64,000 bases of DNA from Marsupella aquatica. Lineage: Eukaryota > Plantae > Marchantiophyta. A program made the translations under genes and the position numbers. A model generated the notes under the pieces. That model was not told where the DNA came from, did no database searches, and saw nothing but the letters and a program-made list of their open reading frames with translations. Shown here one piece after another: positions 25,313 to 44,659 of the stretch. The stretch spans positions 16,844,170-16,908,169 of the forward strand of contig OZ316895.1 in NCBI GenBank assembly GCA_973895155.1, read 5' to 3'. The stretch's first letter is position 1. Every line of letters begins with the position of its first letter.

Positions 25313-28300
25313 TATGAGGCACTCCGCACTCTGCACTCTGCAGTCAGCAGTCTAGTCTGGTTTAAATTAGAAAACTATTTCAGGTACTTCCACCAGTCAC
25401 TCCCATTTTCTGGGCTGACTTTGCTGAATGACTTTCTCATTTTGCACCTCTCCTAGTTGCCAAAATTAAATTTTCACTCGGCTGACCTTGCTGAGTCACT
25501 TTGTAACTCTATGGCCGGGTTGAATGAAAATTTCTAGGGGGAAGGTTTATCTCGGCTGACCTTGCCGAGCCACTTTTTCAACTCAGTGGCCCTGTTGAAT
25601 AGGAAGGTTCCATATGCCAATCACTGATTGGTGTGACTGAGAAATGATGGGGTTGCAACAATTGTTAACCTCCCTTGTGGTATACAACTATGCCAGACCC
25701 AATGCATTGATGTTTTTTGTGAACTCCCTTGCTACACAGGTATTTAAAGCCAAATTAAGGGTGACAACAATTTAGGGCAAGTTCACATTACTCATAAAAG
25801 AAACAGCCAGTGAGACACTGAAAAGCAACTAGCAAGGTGAGCAGACAAGAGTCACCCGAACTTCTCTGTAAGCTAGGACTTTGTGTCCTGCCCCACTCTG
25901 TGTGAACGCCTAAAGTCCCATCTCTCATGCTGCCCCATAAAATGGAAGTTTCCTGAAGTCTCCATACAAATTGAAAACGCAAGATCTCATTCTGGCCATC
26001 CGGTTTATCCTTTGAGTTTTTTGGGCCGTTCGATTCGGGAAATGTGCCACAAAATGCAAGCAAGGAGGGGGAGCGGGCGGATGGAGATACATGATTGTAC
26101 AGGTATTGGGGCAGGCAGAGTACACACTGATACAAACTGGTAAGTTGGTACAGAAAAGGACAGTGTAATACCTCCCCAAATAGTATGGTGTGATGGGAAG
26201 TATAGGGAGGTCAGTTGTTAGTGAAAACTACTATTTGACTTCACTACAATTTGACATGAATTGGGCAAGTTTTTTCTTTGAAGTATTTTTTTCATTAAAC
26301 AGTAGAAATCACTTATTTTATGTGGTAATCTGTTACCTTAGAAATTCATCTTCTTGTTGCTCTCAAGATTCTGCGCCTACTCTCTTGGATCAGCTCTTGG
26401 TAGGAGGAAAACCTATCCCAACATCCAGCTCTCAAATTTGCAGGCCAGAAAAAGGAGTAGAAAGATAGTTGCATTGGCTGGACAAGGAGAAGGAGCAACA
26501 ATGGCAAACAATCAAGTATTAGGTGCAGCAGCAACAGCAAGGGCTGTAGTTATGGATTATTATGGCTGTCCAGATGTTGTGTTTGTAACCTTAGCTGCAC
26601 ACGAATACCACTCTGCCATCGTTTGTTGGGCTCTCTTCTATCCCAACATTGTCTACCAGTCCTACAGGCAAGATTTTTCAAACCTGGGTACTCTTTCTTA
26701 CCTTCCCCTGGGGGCCAGTAAACTTGATAATCATTCCCTGACCTCGAGTGAGTCTCTCGTTGCTGTAAACTCTTCATTTTGCTGTTGAGTTTCAATTATT
26801 TTGGTGTGAAATTAGGTTGGCTGCTTATTTCCAATGAAGTGTGAGAGGCCTAAATTGTGAACCATAATCTGCGGTATAAGTATCAAGGTTATCCGCCTTG
26901 ACATCAACAGACACTGACAACCAAATACTCTCGCAAATACTAATTGACCCTGAACAAAGCTTTGACAAGTCTGTGAGGAACAGACAGTACTTCACATGGA
27001 TTCACCTCAAATTTACTCCCTTACTAGTACAAACTAGAGAATGCATGTTGAGATCCTCTTGGGTGGATTAGATGTCTCAGTGATGAATTTAAACTTAGTG
27101 ATCTCATCAAACTCTTGCTTGGGTTTTAGTTTAACTGGGGGAATCCTGGTGGAAATCTAATTGGTTTAGATTTATGAAGTATGGAGAACCAAACATAGGC
27201 TGGCAATTATCCAAAGCTAGACTTAGGGCCCCAATTTCCTCAAAAGTTGTAAACAAATGTAGGAGTAGATAGCAAAATCGTGCATTGCTGATTTCTGTGT
27301 TCATTTCTCTAATGAGATACTAATATTGGGCTTTGGATACTTTGACAGCATCTCAGAATATAAGACTTGAAGGTTAAGGGTGTGGATGGATGCTACCTCA
27401 TAGATTTTGCATGCCCTAAAGCATAATATAATTCTCAGCAATGAAGTATTTGTATGACTTTTAGGGAGACCAGGCAATGCATGCATAGCCTCAAGGAGCA
27501 ATTATATGTTACACAATGGTAATAGTCCCAAAATTTTGCGCTCTGACCTTAAATCAAGCCAGAGAGTTATAATGCACCATGATACCCTGTATTTGATCAA
27601 TTTAAAGGACTGTCATAGTATCTCTCCTTAGCATCTTGAACTCTTCAGGTTCCCAGTTTCTTTCCTATCTTTGAATGATTGATGTTCAAGGTTTGAACTC
27701 TCTGTTTGAGATACTTGACATCATTTAAAGTTATCAAGAGGAAGACCAGTCATTAAGTTTATGGGAAGCAACGGCATAGTGTCACGTCTAGCCTGTGACC
27801 CCTTCTGCAATACCCCTTATAATCGTGGTCTGCTCCCTATTTTTCAGGTACCGGTGGATGTCCTGCTTGGAAGATTGGGAGTGGATCTTATATCCGTAGA
27901 AGTGCTTGAGAGGCTTGTTCAGGAGGTAAGAGCTAAACAAAATCCTGGATTTGTACATTACTCTAGTCAGTTTGTTACATTCTATGTTGGCTTGTCAGTT
28001 GAAACTAACCATAACCAAATGGAAACAAACAATTCATTTCCATACTAACCAATTGGAGCAACATATGGTCAATACCATGCTACCTAGGTTGTTTCCTTGT
28101 GGGACTACTGAATGATGATCTGACTTGACCTACCCTGTTCGTAGTTCCAGTCCAATATGTGTAGCCTTCTTAATGTGCAAGACAGTGAGAACATTAGACT
28201 AGAAAAGAGCTTCAGGATCTGACTTGAGGAGGTGGCGATCATGGTAGATCTGTGCCGTGCCCGTTGTTTGACAGAGAGCAGCACTCGCTCCTGAAATCCA

Positions 28301-30367
28301 TGCACAATGTAGTCTTGCAAGAAATCGGGGAGAAAATAGAACTTTTGAATGTGTGGATTGTGCCGTGGTACCCATCACAAAGGCATTTTTCCATGGCGGC
28401 TATGAGCGTTCCCCATCAAATACTGATCGAAGACCAAAGGCTCCAGACATTATCGATATTTTACGAGATGGATTGAAGTCTACAACACCTCACCATTGTC
28501 CCCCATTGTCATCAAGGTCGTTACCTGCCTTCATTGAGCACAATGCTAGGGAACCAAGGATAGTGAGAGAACAATTGGGGATTTCAACAAGGCCCGATGT
28601 GCAACTGGCACCGATCCAGGTCCCTCAGGTCCTCTCTGACCTCAAGAGCACTGTCCAAATCTTAATTCCTAGGATCATCTTCAACCCACAAATTCCGCAT
28701 GAAGTACAGGATTCATTCATATAAGAGACTCAACATCTTTCTTGTCGCACCATGTAATTGATTTATTCCTTCACAATACGGCACAGACTTGGATTGCGTT
28801 AAGTTAAGAAAGAGAACAATGGACTATAATATTAGTTTCATGAATGGAACAGCAGACTCCGTCCCCAATTTGCTCATCCAATCAATCGCTACAAGTAGTC
28901 CATTCCCAAGCCGGCCATTCTGTCCTAAGAGTCACAGGGAGAGCAATTTTCTTATTGAGCCATCAGACGATCTTTGTCTTCTTTCTGTTACTGAAGTGTG
29001 TGACGATTGGACCAGTCACGTGGAGATACAGTCTGCCAAAGTTGCTCGCAATATTCGCAAGAAGAAAAAGAAGAGCTCTAACGTTTTTCAGAAGTGCTAC
29101 AACCTCATCAACGACCAATTTGGAGGCGAGATGGCTCAAAAGCAATCTAAGAATACGTGAGAAACACCTTGAGATGATGCCCCTGGCCATTTGATTTCCT
29201 ACCTACACATGGTGTCTGGTGCTAACATGGAATTGTTAGTAAGATTATTAACAACACAGCTAGCTCGTGTTTGAATGATACATTCCAAATAGTTTGATTG
29301 CTCTTCTTGGCATACACTACCTTAGTTAGTGTTGGGTGATGCATTGACAGCATTTGCAAAAGTTTTTGAGCCATGCACACTTCTTGGGAAAAATGTTTAC
29401 GTGGAATATGTGTAGAAATGATGCTTCATTGCAAAGGAATATGAAATTTAATGCAATTGCAAGTTTGTTTGGAATTTGTTTTGGGGTAGTTGAGCTGTTT
29501 GAAAAACATCCTGAAATTCTGAATCATGCAAGCATGTTTAGCCCAGTGTCAACAAACACTAAATTAGTTTTTGTAGACATTGATCTCTTAATATATATTT
29601 ATTAGGCCCAACCAGGCCTACTAAAGAGTGATACTCACTTAGTTGTAAGCTTTGACATAATAATGAATTTTACAACAGAGATATGAGTTCATTCAAATGA
29701 ACATGAAGCATTGTACAAGTGAGAAATCAGTAGGTCATAAGTATCTAATTGGACATGGAGATGTTAATGTAAAATCTGCATCCAAATTTGTAATTCCAAT
29801 CATCGGGAAATCATCAGAAATGTCTCAAAGTCCTTGGGTTTAATATGCATGTGCTTGATCTGAGAATTACACTTATCTCGTTTGAACTACAAAATCTGTT
29901 GTGCACTTTCACTGGATTGAGTATCATCAGTCTATTGTCAATATCTTTATCTGTTGCAATGTGTTAGGTCATTTAATTTTACGACCATTATAAATATAAT
30001 TATTGATTTCTGCAATCATCACAAATTGAATTGTTTCAAACTATTAAAGTGTCTTTACTAATTTGTTTTCATTTTCTTTCTGCTGGAAGTTTTTGTTTTC
30101 TAGTTAAATGGCACAATTGTACTAAGGTCCTAAATTTGGATGAAGCAAACTTCCATTGGACATAATTATTTTGTCATATTGATAAAAAGTGGATGATAAG
30201 ATTTTCTCACTGAACAATATTGCAACAATTAGCAATTCCCAATTGAGCCAACTGAATGCTCTAAGAGGATATATCAGTGTTCGTCAATCTAAAAAGGCAA
30301 AAACCAAAGGTTTCACATCAAGAGTCTCTAGAATGGATTTTTTACACAAAATTGGTAGCTCAGTTAG

Positions 30368-35817
<5,450 letters not shown>

Positions 35818-36891
35818 GTCTTCTGCCAAAGAAAAATAAAATCCCTGCTTTCCACATAAAGGTCAAAATGTACCTGGAACAGTTTTGTTTCATCCTAGCA
35901 GTTGACTTTCGATGATGAGTCTTGTTAGCTACCGGTACTCAATTACAAATGATGACAAAATCTCAATCGCACAGCAGTACAATTTTGGAGACTAAGTGGC
36001 TGGCTCAGGAGTATACTAACGTGCCTTTGAGGCTCAATCAGAAGAGGAAAACTCAATGGGCCACAACTTACATTCATACATGTCAGATCCCATGGATTTC
36101 TACTATGTTCTTGGAGACAACTTGAATTGACCAGAGGATAAAGCCGTGCTTTTGCTGGTGTCGGAACTGATCAGAAATGATCTTGAAAATCTTCACACTT
36201 ATGACCAATATACCGTGTTCATGATGACCACTAATTGTCGCATGGGCTATAGCTGCACCCCGGTTCTAAGTTTATGACAAAGTTGCCCCTTCCAAGTACC
36301 TCATCAAGGAAGCACATCTCACTGGATCGACGAACCATAACGTCTTTTCTTCCTTCCTAAAGCTTTCCATTGTCCTTCCTTTGTCCGAAAGATGGACATC
36401 GATCAAGTGGGAATGTCTCATGACGGCTTTAAAGTACTATTAGAAGATGCAGTTTAATGTACTTGATATGCATCGTCATGAGGTTGTTTCTCAATGAAAA
36501 GATCGAACGCACCTTGCAATGCCAAAAGTTACTCCCGAACTGAGTAAAACTGTTGAAATGAAGCCCGAGACATTGAGGAAACAGTAACTTTGTCTGACCA
36601 AGAATGGAGAGCTAAGAATCCTTTATCTGGTCTTACCTCGTGACGCGAGAAGCTGCCGGATCAAAGCATTTCGAGAGCAATATCATATCGGCATTTTGTA
36701 AAAGCTCATTGGAAATGCGAAACTCGTAGCAACATTAGATAAGACGAGATTGAAGGTAGTTTTGGAAAGTGAACCCAGCCCTCTACATTACAGTGTGTTT
36801 ACTTTAAAGACCTTAAATTCACCTACCCTGCAATTTCCGTTTATCGGAGGTCTTTCCAATGTGCGTAGAACCATTCAGGACTAAAACACCG

Positions 36892-37884
36892 TCAGTCGGC
36901 AATGAAAGACATCGGCACCAAAGCAACAGCCTGACCATCCAGAAAAATAGATTTTCTTTCTTCTCTGTCTCTCACACAACGTGTAAAGAATGTAACCCTG
37001 CAACCCACACCATTCAAACGCAGATCAGTCAAATGGTTTTATGCTACTTTTACCACTACTGCCAACAGTAGCAGTATCTCAGTCACTTCATTTCAAAACT
37101 GCGGGCGTCAAACTGGCATCCACCAGAGGGTTTTCCGGCAGGTTCATTGTACAGCTATAGCCCATGGCTGGAAACAACTTGAGGAATACATACTGAGGAG
37201 GTCGCACTTGCGCAGCTATGCAAGAGGCAACTGATTAGAAGTCTCTTTAAAACTCCTATTGCGAATGCTCGTACCTGACCGCTAAGAACTGGTTAGAATG
37301 TTGGAAAGATGCAAACTTACTTAGCTTGCCGCCTGAGTTTCACAATTGTACACACCTCCACTTCAGCTAGAAAAGACTGACCCACCATTAGAGGCGCTTT
37401 GAATTTCAAGTCCTGCGAGACATACACTGCCCCTGCCTGCTCCACACGCACAGAGAGAAAATCGTCAAAAGGCTCGAGCGACCTGTACAAGGAATTATCA
37501 CGGACTCATCCTTTCCCTTCATGGCAAAGAAAAATAAATTGCAAGACTTACAAAGCGAGAGCCTATAATGGCTGGAAAGAGGCTGCCACAGAGCATGCCA
37601 GGTACCAGGCAAGCGTCGAAGCCTGCCTCTTGAGCTGCAGAAGCACTGACATGAATTGGGTTGGAGTCTCCGGTGAGATGAGTGTAGGACTGGACGTCAT
37701 CAAAACTAAAGCAGCCCTCCTGACTGAAAACCTTCCCTAGTCTTACTCCGCTGCCTGTGCCATCGTCGCTTACGCCCTTCTCTTTCCTTGAAAATGTTGA
37801 CAAGAGCTGCGATCGCAGCAGTAGATGACCGCTTGCTTTATGAATCTCCGCTACAATCTTTCTGCTGAGACTCACACCCTTCAT
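36892..37884 (-). CDS. MaoC-like hotdog-fold dehydratase (mitochondrial 3-hydroxyacyl-ACP dehydratase / R-specific enoyl-CoA hydratase-like), 3 exons, ~184 aa
   Basis: Exons 37884-37552, 37436-37321, 36997-36892 (GT-AG, in phase, 555 nt). Hydratase motif Y..LTGDSNPIH, then PGML..SLFP.IIGSRF-AGAVYVSQ.L.F.AP and C-terminal LDGQAVAL. The basic, Ser-rich N-terminus resembles a mitochondrial presequence. Confidence 0.88.
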
Positions 37885-38113
37885 CGCTTCCTCATGCTTT
37901 TGTTGGCCATGTTGAAATCATCCGAGCCGAATTCCCTCAGAAGCGCGAACAAATTCCCTCAGAAGGAACGAACAAATTTACTGACAGAGAGTCAACAAAG
38001 TACAACGAGAGAAAAAAATAAAATGATAGAAATACATGCCCTGCTGGTAATCACCCATCAAAATGTGGCTGGATTCAAAATGTGGCTGGATTCATTTTCA
38101 ATAATGTGGCTGG

Positions 38114-38196
38114 ATAACATATAAGATATACTACACCCCTACCGTGATCAAAACTAGGATTATCACGGTAGGGGTGTCCTACATCTTATATGTTAT
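38114..38196. repeat. 35-bp inverted repeat (3 mismatches, 13-nt loop)
   Basis: ATAACATATAAGATATACTACACCCCTACCGTGAT (38114-38148) versus ATCACGGTAGGGGTGTCCTACATCTTATATGTTAT (38162-38196). Confidence 0.9.
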
Positions 38197-39563
38197 ATTT
38201 TGATGTATTATACATAGTATATGTCATATTTTGATGTGTCGTATATCTTATATGTCATATTTTGATGTGCAGTTATGGAGACCCAAATACATGGTATGTG
38301 ATCTCCACCATTTTGCCACAAACTGCATTCAATATAGTGCAGTGCAAAAGAAGTGGGCCCCGAGGCATTTGGCAAAATTCAGCTTGTACGCACTGAACCT
38401 TCAACTTGAGGCTCCTGAACTACACCAAACGCAGCGAGAGATATGGCTTGCAAGTATAGATCTACTAGCCCGGACACTGAATAGAGATGAAGACAAAAAA
38501 ACAAATCAGACACAAAAACAAAACAAAAATAAATTAATCTTTCAAACAACCGGGACGAAACCCGGGAACCTTTATTCAGCCACCAAAAAAAAAATTATGC
38601 CATTTCCCATTCATCTTTGTCCCATCCCTGTTTTTTGTTCACCATCATTTTCAGTTTTGTCCCTCATTTGGAGTCATGGTCAGCTGTCCTTATTGAGAGT
38701 TACAATCTACTGTAGAGGTTTCACTCTAGACTGTCCCTAACCCTAGAAAATAGTTTTGCATTGAGCTTTATTAGATAGATGGGACCACGTCCCCTGTAAC
38801 ACTACTGTAGAGAAAACTATGACTCTGGTCCATGCAAGGTCAATGCATGGTTATTGTATATTGTGGTTATGTATATTTGCTTCCAAGTTCCAACTACCGC
38901 ATGAGGACTATCCAATGCAGGAGAGCAACTATTAACACTGACCAGCTTATCTTACAGTTAAGCAAATTGACTATTATACTATACGTCTCAACTGGTAATG
39001 GGGCACCTGAGGTAGTGAGTCATGTTCTTTAAACCACACCTACCCCTATAAAAGCCCCCTTCCCTGCCTAGTTGCTACTCCTTCTTCTTGTGGTGAACAG
39101 TGTGCTCACCATAAAAGGTGGAATAGCCCTCTGGAATCTATTATGGGACACCCCCACATTGTGACCCATGTTCACATTTTCAATGAATGCAAAATAATTT
39201 TGTACCGAGATTGTCCCAAATCCACTAAACATATTGGCTACAATTCCATCAAGGTCAATGTCACAAGTGTTGGCACATGCTGCAAAGGGATTATTATCTA
39301 CACTTGTTTGTTTGTCTATTTTTGTTTTTAAAATTGAAAACTTTTGGGAGGCTTTACAAGAACTTGGGGTACAAATAGTTACTGTTCACCCATTGCAAAT
39401 GTGAGGTCCATTGCAAACACTAAAGTTGAAATGCCTGACCCAAGATGTGCCAGATCTGGAGAATAAGATCCTAAGTGAATAGAAATGGACCAAGTTGTGC
39501 ATTTGGTAGACAACTGTCTGAGTTTTGATAATAATAAAAAACATTGCCATGTCAGCAATATAG

Positions 39564-39681
39564 AGGGGCCCACTCGCAGGTGACTTGGATTGGTAATGGT
39601 TTTGCCAGTGAGGTAGTGCCCCCAAGTTCATGGACAGTGAAGTCTGGCCTGTTCCCATGTTTGAATGGCTAGGATTGCATT
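39564..39681 (+). repeat. Dispersed repeat also present at 12236-12350; part of old repeat DNA flanking the copia insertion
   Basis: Shared blocks as listed for 12236-12350. Confidence 0.75.
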
Positions 39682-40012
39682 TTAGACATGAGGGAAAAGA
39701 CTGTTGTTGGGATTTGATCACTAGGCCTACAACAGAGTTACTCCATTCCATCCAAACCTTTAAGGTCAGATCTGATCCTAAAATGCTCTCTCTAAGTAGG
39801 AAAATCAAACTCTTTGTACTTTTGGGCCTTTTTCTTGTTTTCACTTGATTGGCTTTTTGGCCTGTTGGATCCTGTCTCCAGTTCAGTGTCCCTTGTTTTT
39901 TGGCAGTTTGATATATATATTCTAAATCTATGTCATTCTAGTTGAGATAAGATATTTGGTTTTCTTAAGAGATGATGGAGCATACCAACATCATCATTCA
40001 AATGCATGACTC

Positions 40013-40356
40013 TGTTCAGCATAGACGACATTCGTAACGGCAAGCCCATGAACCATCCAATGCACAATAGTCGACACAGAGAGATATGTGGTTCACCTCC
40101 ACATGAGGCTACGTCCATGGGAACACACAAGAGCTTTACTGCGCTCTAGGCCGGCTGGCCATACCAAGCGTCCACAGCACAAGCTCTCCCTATCTCTCAA
40201 CTAGCTCCGTAACAATGAGCCTAAGTTCCACCAGGGTCTGGCATCAGCCCTGGCTATATACACAACAGCACTACCGCTAACAATAGCTAAGTCCTAACCC
40301 GAGTTAGCCTAACTGTAGTTAGTTCATGAGTCACAAGACTAGAGCAATATCTAACA
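40013..40356 (-). repeat. 3' LTR of the copia element
   Basis: 344 bp; 6 substitutions versus the 5' LTR by manual comparison. Confidence 0.97.
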
Positions 40357-40358
40357 AA

Positions 40359-40367
40359 CTCCCCCTT
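40359..40367 (-). promoter_or_regulatory. Polypurine tract (AAGGGGGAG)
   Basis: Immediately internal to the 3' LTR on the minus strand. Confidence 0.9.
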
Positions 40368-40563
40368 GACTCTTGTCTTGGGGACTGGACTAAATGCTAC
40401 CATATAGAATCCTCAGCGGGAAGTTCTAGACAATCACCAAACCAGGTCTCCCCCTAAAAACCACAAGGGTTAACTAAGGGTTAACTAGAACTAAGCCGTA
40501 GCCAAACAGGAATGAGTAATCCATATACAAATAGTCACACATTGCTACATAACTCTACTTGCA

Positions 40564-43500
40564 CTACAACTGCAAAACCTGCAAAGTAGCACGGTGTCTT
40601 GAGAAACTCTCCAAATGAATCACTTTGGTAAAGGCATCAGCGGGATTGAGCTTTTCATCAATCTTGACTAGCCCAAAAGTTTTATCAGACACTGTTTGCC
40701 TGATAAAATGGTACCTGATATCAATGTGCTTCACCCTACTATCCATCACCTGGTTAGCAGCCAAGTGAAGAGCACTCTGACTATCATAGTTTAGAATCAT
40801 TTTGCCATGCTCTAAACCCATCTTCGCGATCAACTTATCGAACCAAATGGCTTCCTTTGCAGCTTCTGTTGCTGCAACATACTCTGCTTCTATAGTAGAC
40901 TGAGAAATGCACTTCTGCAAGGTAGATTTCCAACTGATACATCCTCCTCCAAGAGTGTATACAAACCCAGTTGTAGACCTCCTTGTATCCAGACAGCCTC
41001 CATAGTCAGAATCTACATAGCCAACTAATGTTCTATCTAATCTGTTATCAAATAGTAATCCATAGTCCTGTGTACCCTTGAGATACCTGAGAATCCATTT
41101 CACAGCTTCCCAATGTACCTTTCCTGGATTTGACATGAATCTGCTAACCTTGCCCATCACTAGGGCCAAGTCAGGCCTAGTACAAGTCATCAAATACATC
41201 AGACTGGCTACTGCCTTCTCATAAGGAATCTTAGCCATCAGACCTTTCTCCACAGCATCCGTAGGAGAGAAAGCCGATGATAACTTGAAATGTGAAGCTA
41301 AAGGAATACTCACTGGCTTACAGTTCTCCATGTTGAATCGTGCAAGTATTTTCCTCGCATACTGGCCTTGACTCAAGCACAACTGTCCAGTATCAGAGTT
41401 CCTAACAATCTCCATCCCTAAGATCCTCTTGGCCTTACCAAGATCCTTCATCCTGAATTCAACACTCAATTTCGCCTTGAGACTGTCAACCTCAGATTGA
41501 TCTTTAGCCACAATCAGCATGTCATCCACATAGATCACCAGAATGATGAAACCAAATACATCATTCTTGACTGATTTCGTATACACACAAAGATCATACA
41601 CCATCCTTGTAAAACCTTGAGCAAGCATGAAATCATCAAATCGCTTGTTCCATTGTCTGGGAGATTGCTTCAATGCATACAAGGACTTGAGCAATCTGCA
41701 AACTAAGTTCTTTTGGCTCTTCTTCATAAAGCCTAGTGGTTGTCTCATGAAGATCAACTCTTCCAAGTTGCCATAGAGAAAAGCAGTAACAACATCCATC
41801 TGATCCATCACCAGATTAAAAAACACAACAAGCTGACACAAGATCCGAATTGTGGAATACTTAGCCACCGGTGAAAAGACCTCATTGTAATCCACTCATT
41901 TCTCCTGAGTGAATCCCTTGGCAACAAGCCTTGCCTTGTAGATCTTATCTCCACCCTCTGAAGGATTGTCCTTCAACTTGTAAATTCACTTGCTGTCCAC
42001 CACTTGTTGACCTCTTGGAAGCTCCACCAGCTCCCATGTCTTGTTGTCACTCAAAGATTGCAACTCCCTCTACATTGCTGCATTCCACTCATGCTTCTGC
42101 TCTGAAGCACAAGCCTCATTGTACGAAGAAGGCTCTCCTTCTTCCAAGATCAAAGCCATATCATCTTCATCAGGTGCAATGTCAATATCATCTAGCTTAG
42201 ATGAGTCTGCCCATTGACCATACCTAATAGGAGCTCTAGTAGAACGACTGGAAGTTCTTCTAGTAGATGACTCAGGCTGATCTACTACTGCTGCTGGCTG
42301 AATTTGAGGTACCCCAACAATAATCTGCTTCTCTTGTTCCATCACAGGAACCAGCTCCAAGCCTGGAGCTTCTCCATCTCTCCTGTCATGAACATCATCA
42401 TGACTAATCTCCCCCTCAACCCGGTCCGGGATGGGAGATTTCCCCTTGTCAGTATGAGAGTCCTGAGAGCTCTCCCCCTCCTTTGATGATCTGGACTCAT
42501 TAAAGGACACATCTCTACTGACAATTAGCTTACAGGTTACTGGATCCCATAACCTATAACCCTTCACACCTTTCTGATAGCCAAGGAAAATGCACTTCTT
42601 CGACTTGGACTCCAGCTTGGATCGAAGCTGGGAAGGTGTAAGGACATAAGCATCACATCCAAAAATCCTTACATGTGAGTAATCTGCTGGACGCCCGTAC
42701 CTCATTTCAAATGGCGTCTTGAATCCAATAGAACTGGATGGAGAAAAATTTACCAAATAACCTGCAATGTTGACAGCTTCAGCCCAAAACTCATGTGGTA
42801 AGCATGATTGACTCAACATACTCCTTGAGCGGTCCAATAGTGTTCGGTTGAGTCTCTCAGAAACACCATTCTGCTGAGGAGTATAACTTGTTGTGAGATG
42901 GCGGGTAATCCCCTACTCCTTACAATATGTTCCAAATTCCCCGGAACTGTATTCATCGCCGTTATCCGATCGAAGATATCTCACCTTATTACCAGTCTGA
43001 TTCTCAACTTGGGCTTTCCACTCCTTAAAAGTGGCAAAAATATCAGACTTATTGTGTAGAAAGTATATCCACACATACCTTGAGTAATCATCAATGAACG
43101 TGACATAGTATAACCGTCCAGAATGTGAGGGAGTAGGGACTGGACCCCACACATCACTATGTACATACTCAAGTACCTTCTTGCTAGTGTGAGTTCCAAC
43201 TCCAAAGGGTTTCCTGTGCTACTTCCCTAGCACACAGTGCTCACAAAATTCCAACTTACAAGATTGTAAATTAGAAAGTAATCCTTTCTTTTGAAGAATA
43301 GCCAAACCTTTTTCACTCATGTGGCCCAAACAGAAGTGCCACAGCCGGGCCGTCTCCTCATGAGTGAAGGTTACATTGGCTTGATCACAGACTACACTGC
43401 TCTCCAAAACGTATAGATTGCTATGTCTCTTTCCCTTCAATACAACTTTAGTACCAGTTGAAACCTGAAGGACACCATTAGCAGAACTCCACTGATGGCC

Positions 43501-44659
43501 ATTTGCTTCTAAAACTCCAAGTGAAATGAGATTTTTCATCATGTTGAGAATATGTCTCACATTCCTCAACGTTCTCACAGCACCATCAAACATCTGAAAT
43601 CTTACAGATCCAAGTCCAACAACTTGACATGGGATTCCATTTCCCATCAACACTGACCCGTTGGAAATCGTGTAAGAACTGAAAAAATCTCTCCTAGAGC
43701 AAATATGAAAAGTACATGCACTATCTAGAATCCAGTCATCACTACCTGGATTTGACACTACGTTGAGAGCATAACCTTGACATCACAATATGTCATCATC
43801 ATCGAGTAAATCTATCTCATGCGAGCTCGATGCCGCGTTAGCAGAGGCAGTAGGGACCTTTACTCGACAATCCTTTTTCATGTGGCCAGGCTTGCCACAA
43901 TTCCAACATGCAAGAGGCTTCCTCTCTTGCGATTTCCCTCTGGATTTAGATCTCCCCCGTGATGTAGATCTAAACCTATTCTGTCCATTCGTGCGCTGCG
44001 CTGCTCTTCCCCTGTTCACATTGAGCGCAGTGCCAAAAAAAGATGTTGTCTGTGATTGACCCAGCTTCTTCTGAGCATCATCAGACAGTAATGAACTCAC
44101 CACCTCATTATACGAAATGGACTATCTTCAGATCTCTGTACAAGAGAACCTGTTTCAAGCCCTGATAAGACGGCGGTAAGGAGCTTAGCAAAAGCAAGGC
44201 CTTATCCTCATCTTCAACTCCTTTTCCCAGGTTTGACAGATGCACCGCAAGACTGTCAAATTCATCCAGGTGATCCTGCATCTTGCTCCCTTCCTTGAGC
44301 CTGAGGCTCATCAAGAGAGACTTCTTGTATAGCCGGTCTGACGCATCTTCCCGGTAGTACTTCTCTCGTAGAGCCTTGAACAGTGACGCGCAATCCGCAT
44401 AATCATCCAGCTGCTTGATGATGTGCGGCCAGGTGTGCGGCTTGAGATATAGCATCACTGCATTGACAGGAATCACCTGCTCCTGTCTCCATTGTCTCAT
44501 AAAAATCTCCTCCTCTCCATCATATTGCTCTCGCGATGAAAGCAGATGAGCTAAGCCCATTGCACGAAGAACACCCTTCACTTGCTTCTCCCACAACAAG
44601 TAATCAGTACGACCATCGTACTTTTCCACCTCAAACTTCACTCCTCCGAATCTAGCCAT
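40564..44659 (-). pseudogene. Copia gag-pol polyprotein, disrupted
   Basis: ATG at 44659 (MARFGGVKFEVEKYDG); zinc knuckle CWNCGKPGHMKKDC; protease WILDSAC; integrase HSDVWGP..FIDDYSRY..LRSDNG; RT QMDVVTAFL and YVDDML; RNase H KHIDIRYHF. One frameshift near 44120 and in-frame stops at 43783, 43219, 42913, 42070 and 41896. Confidence 0.95.
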
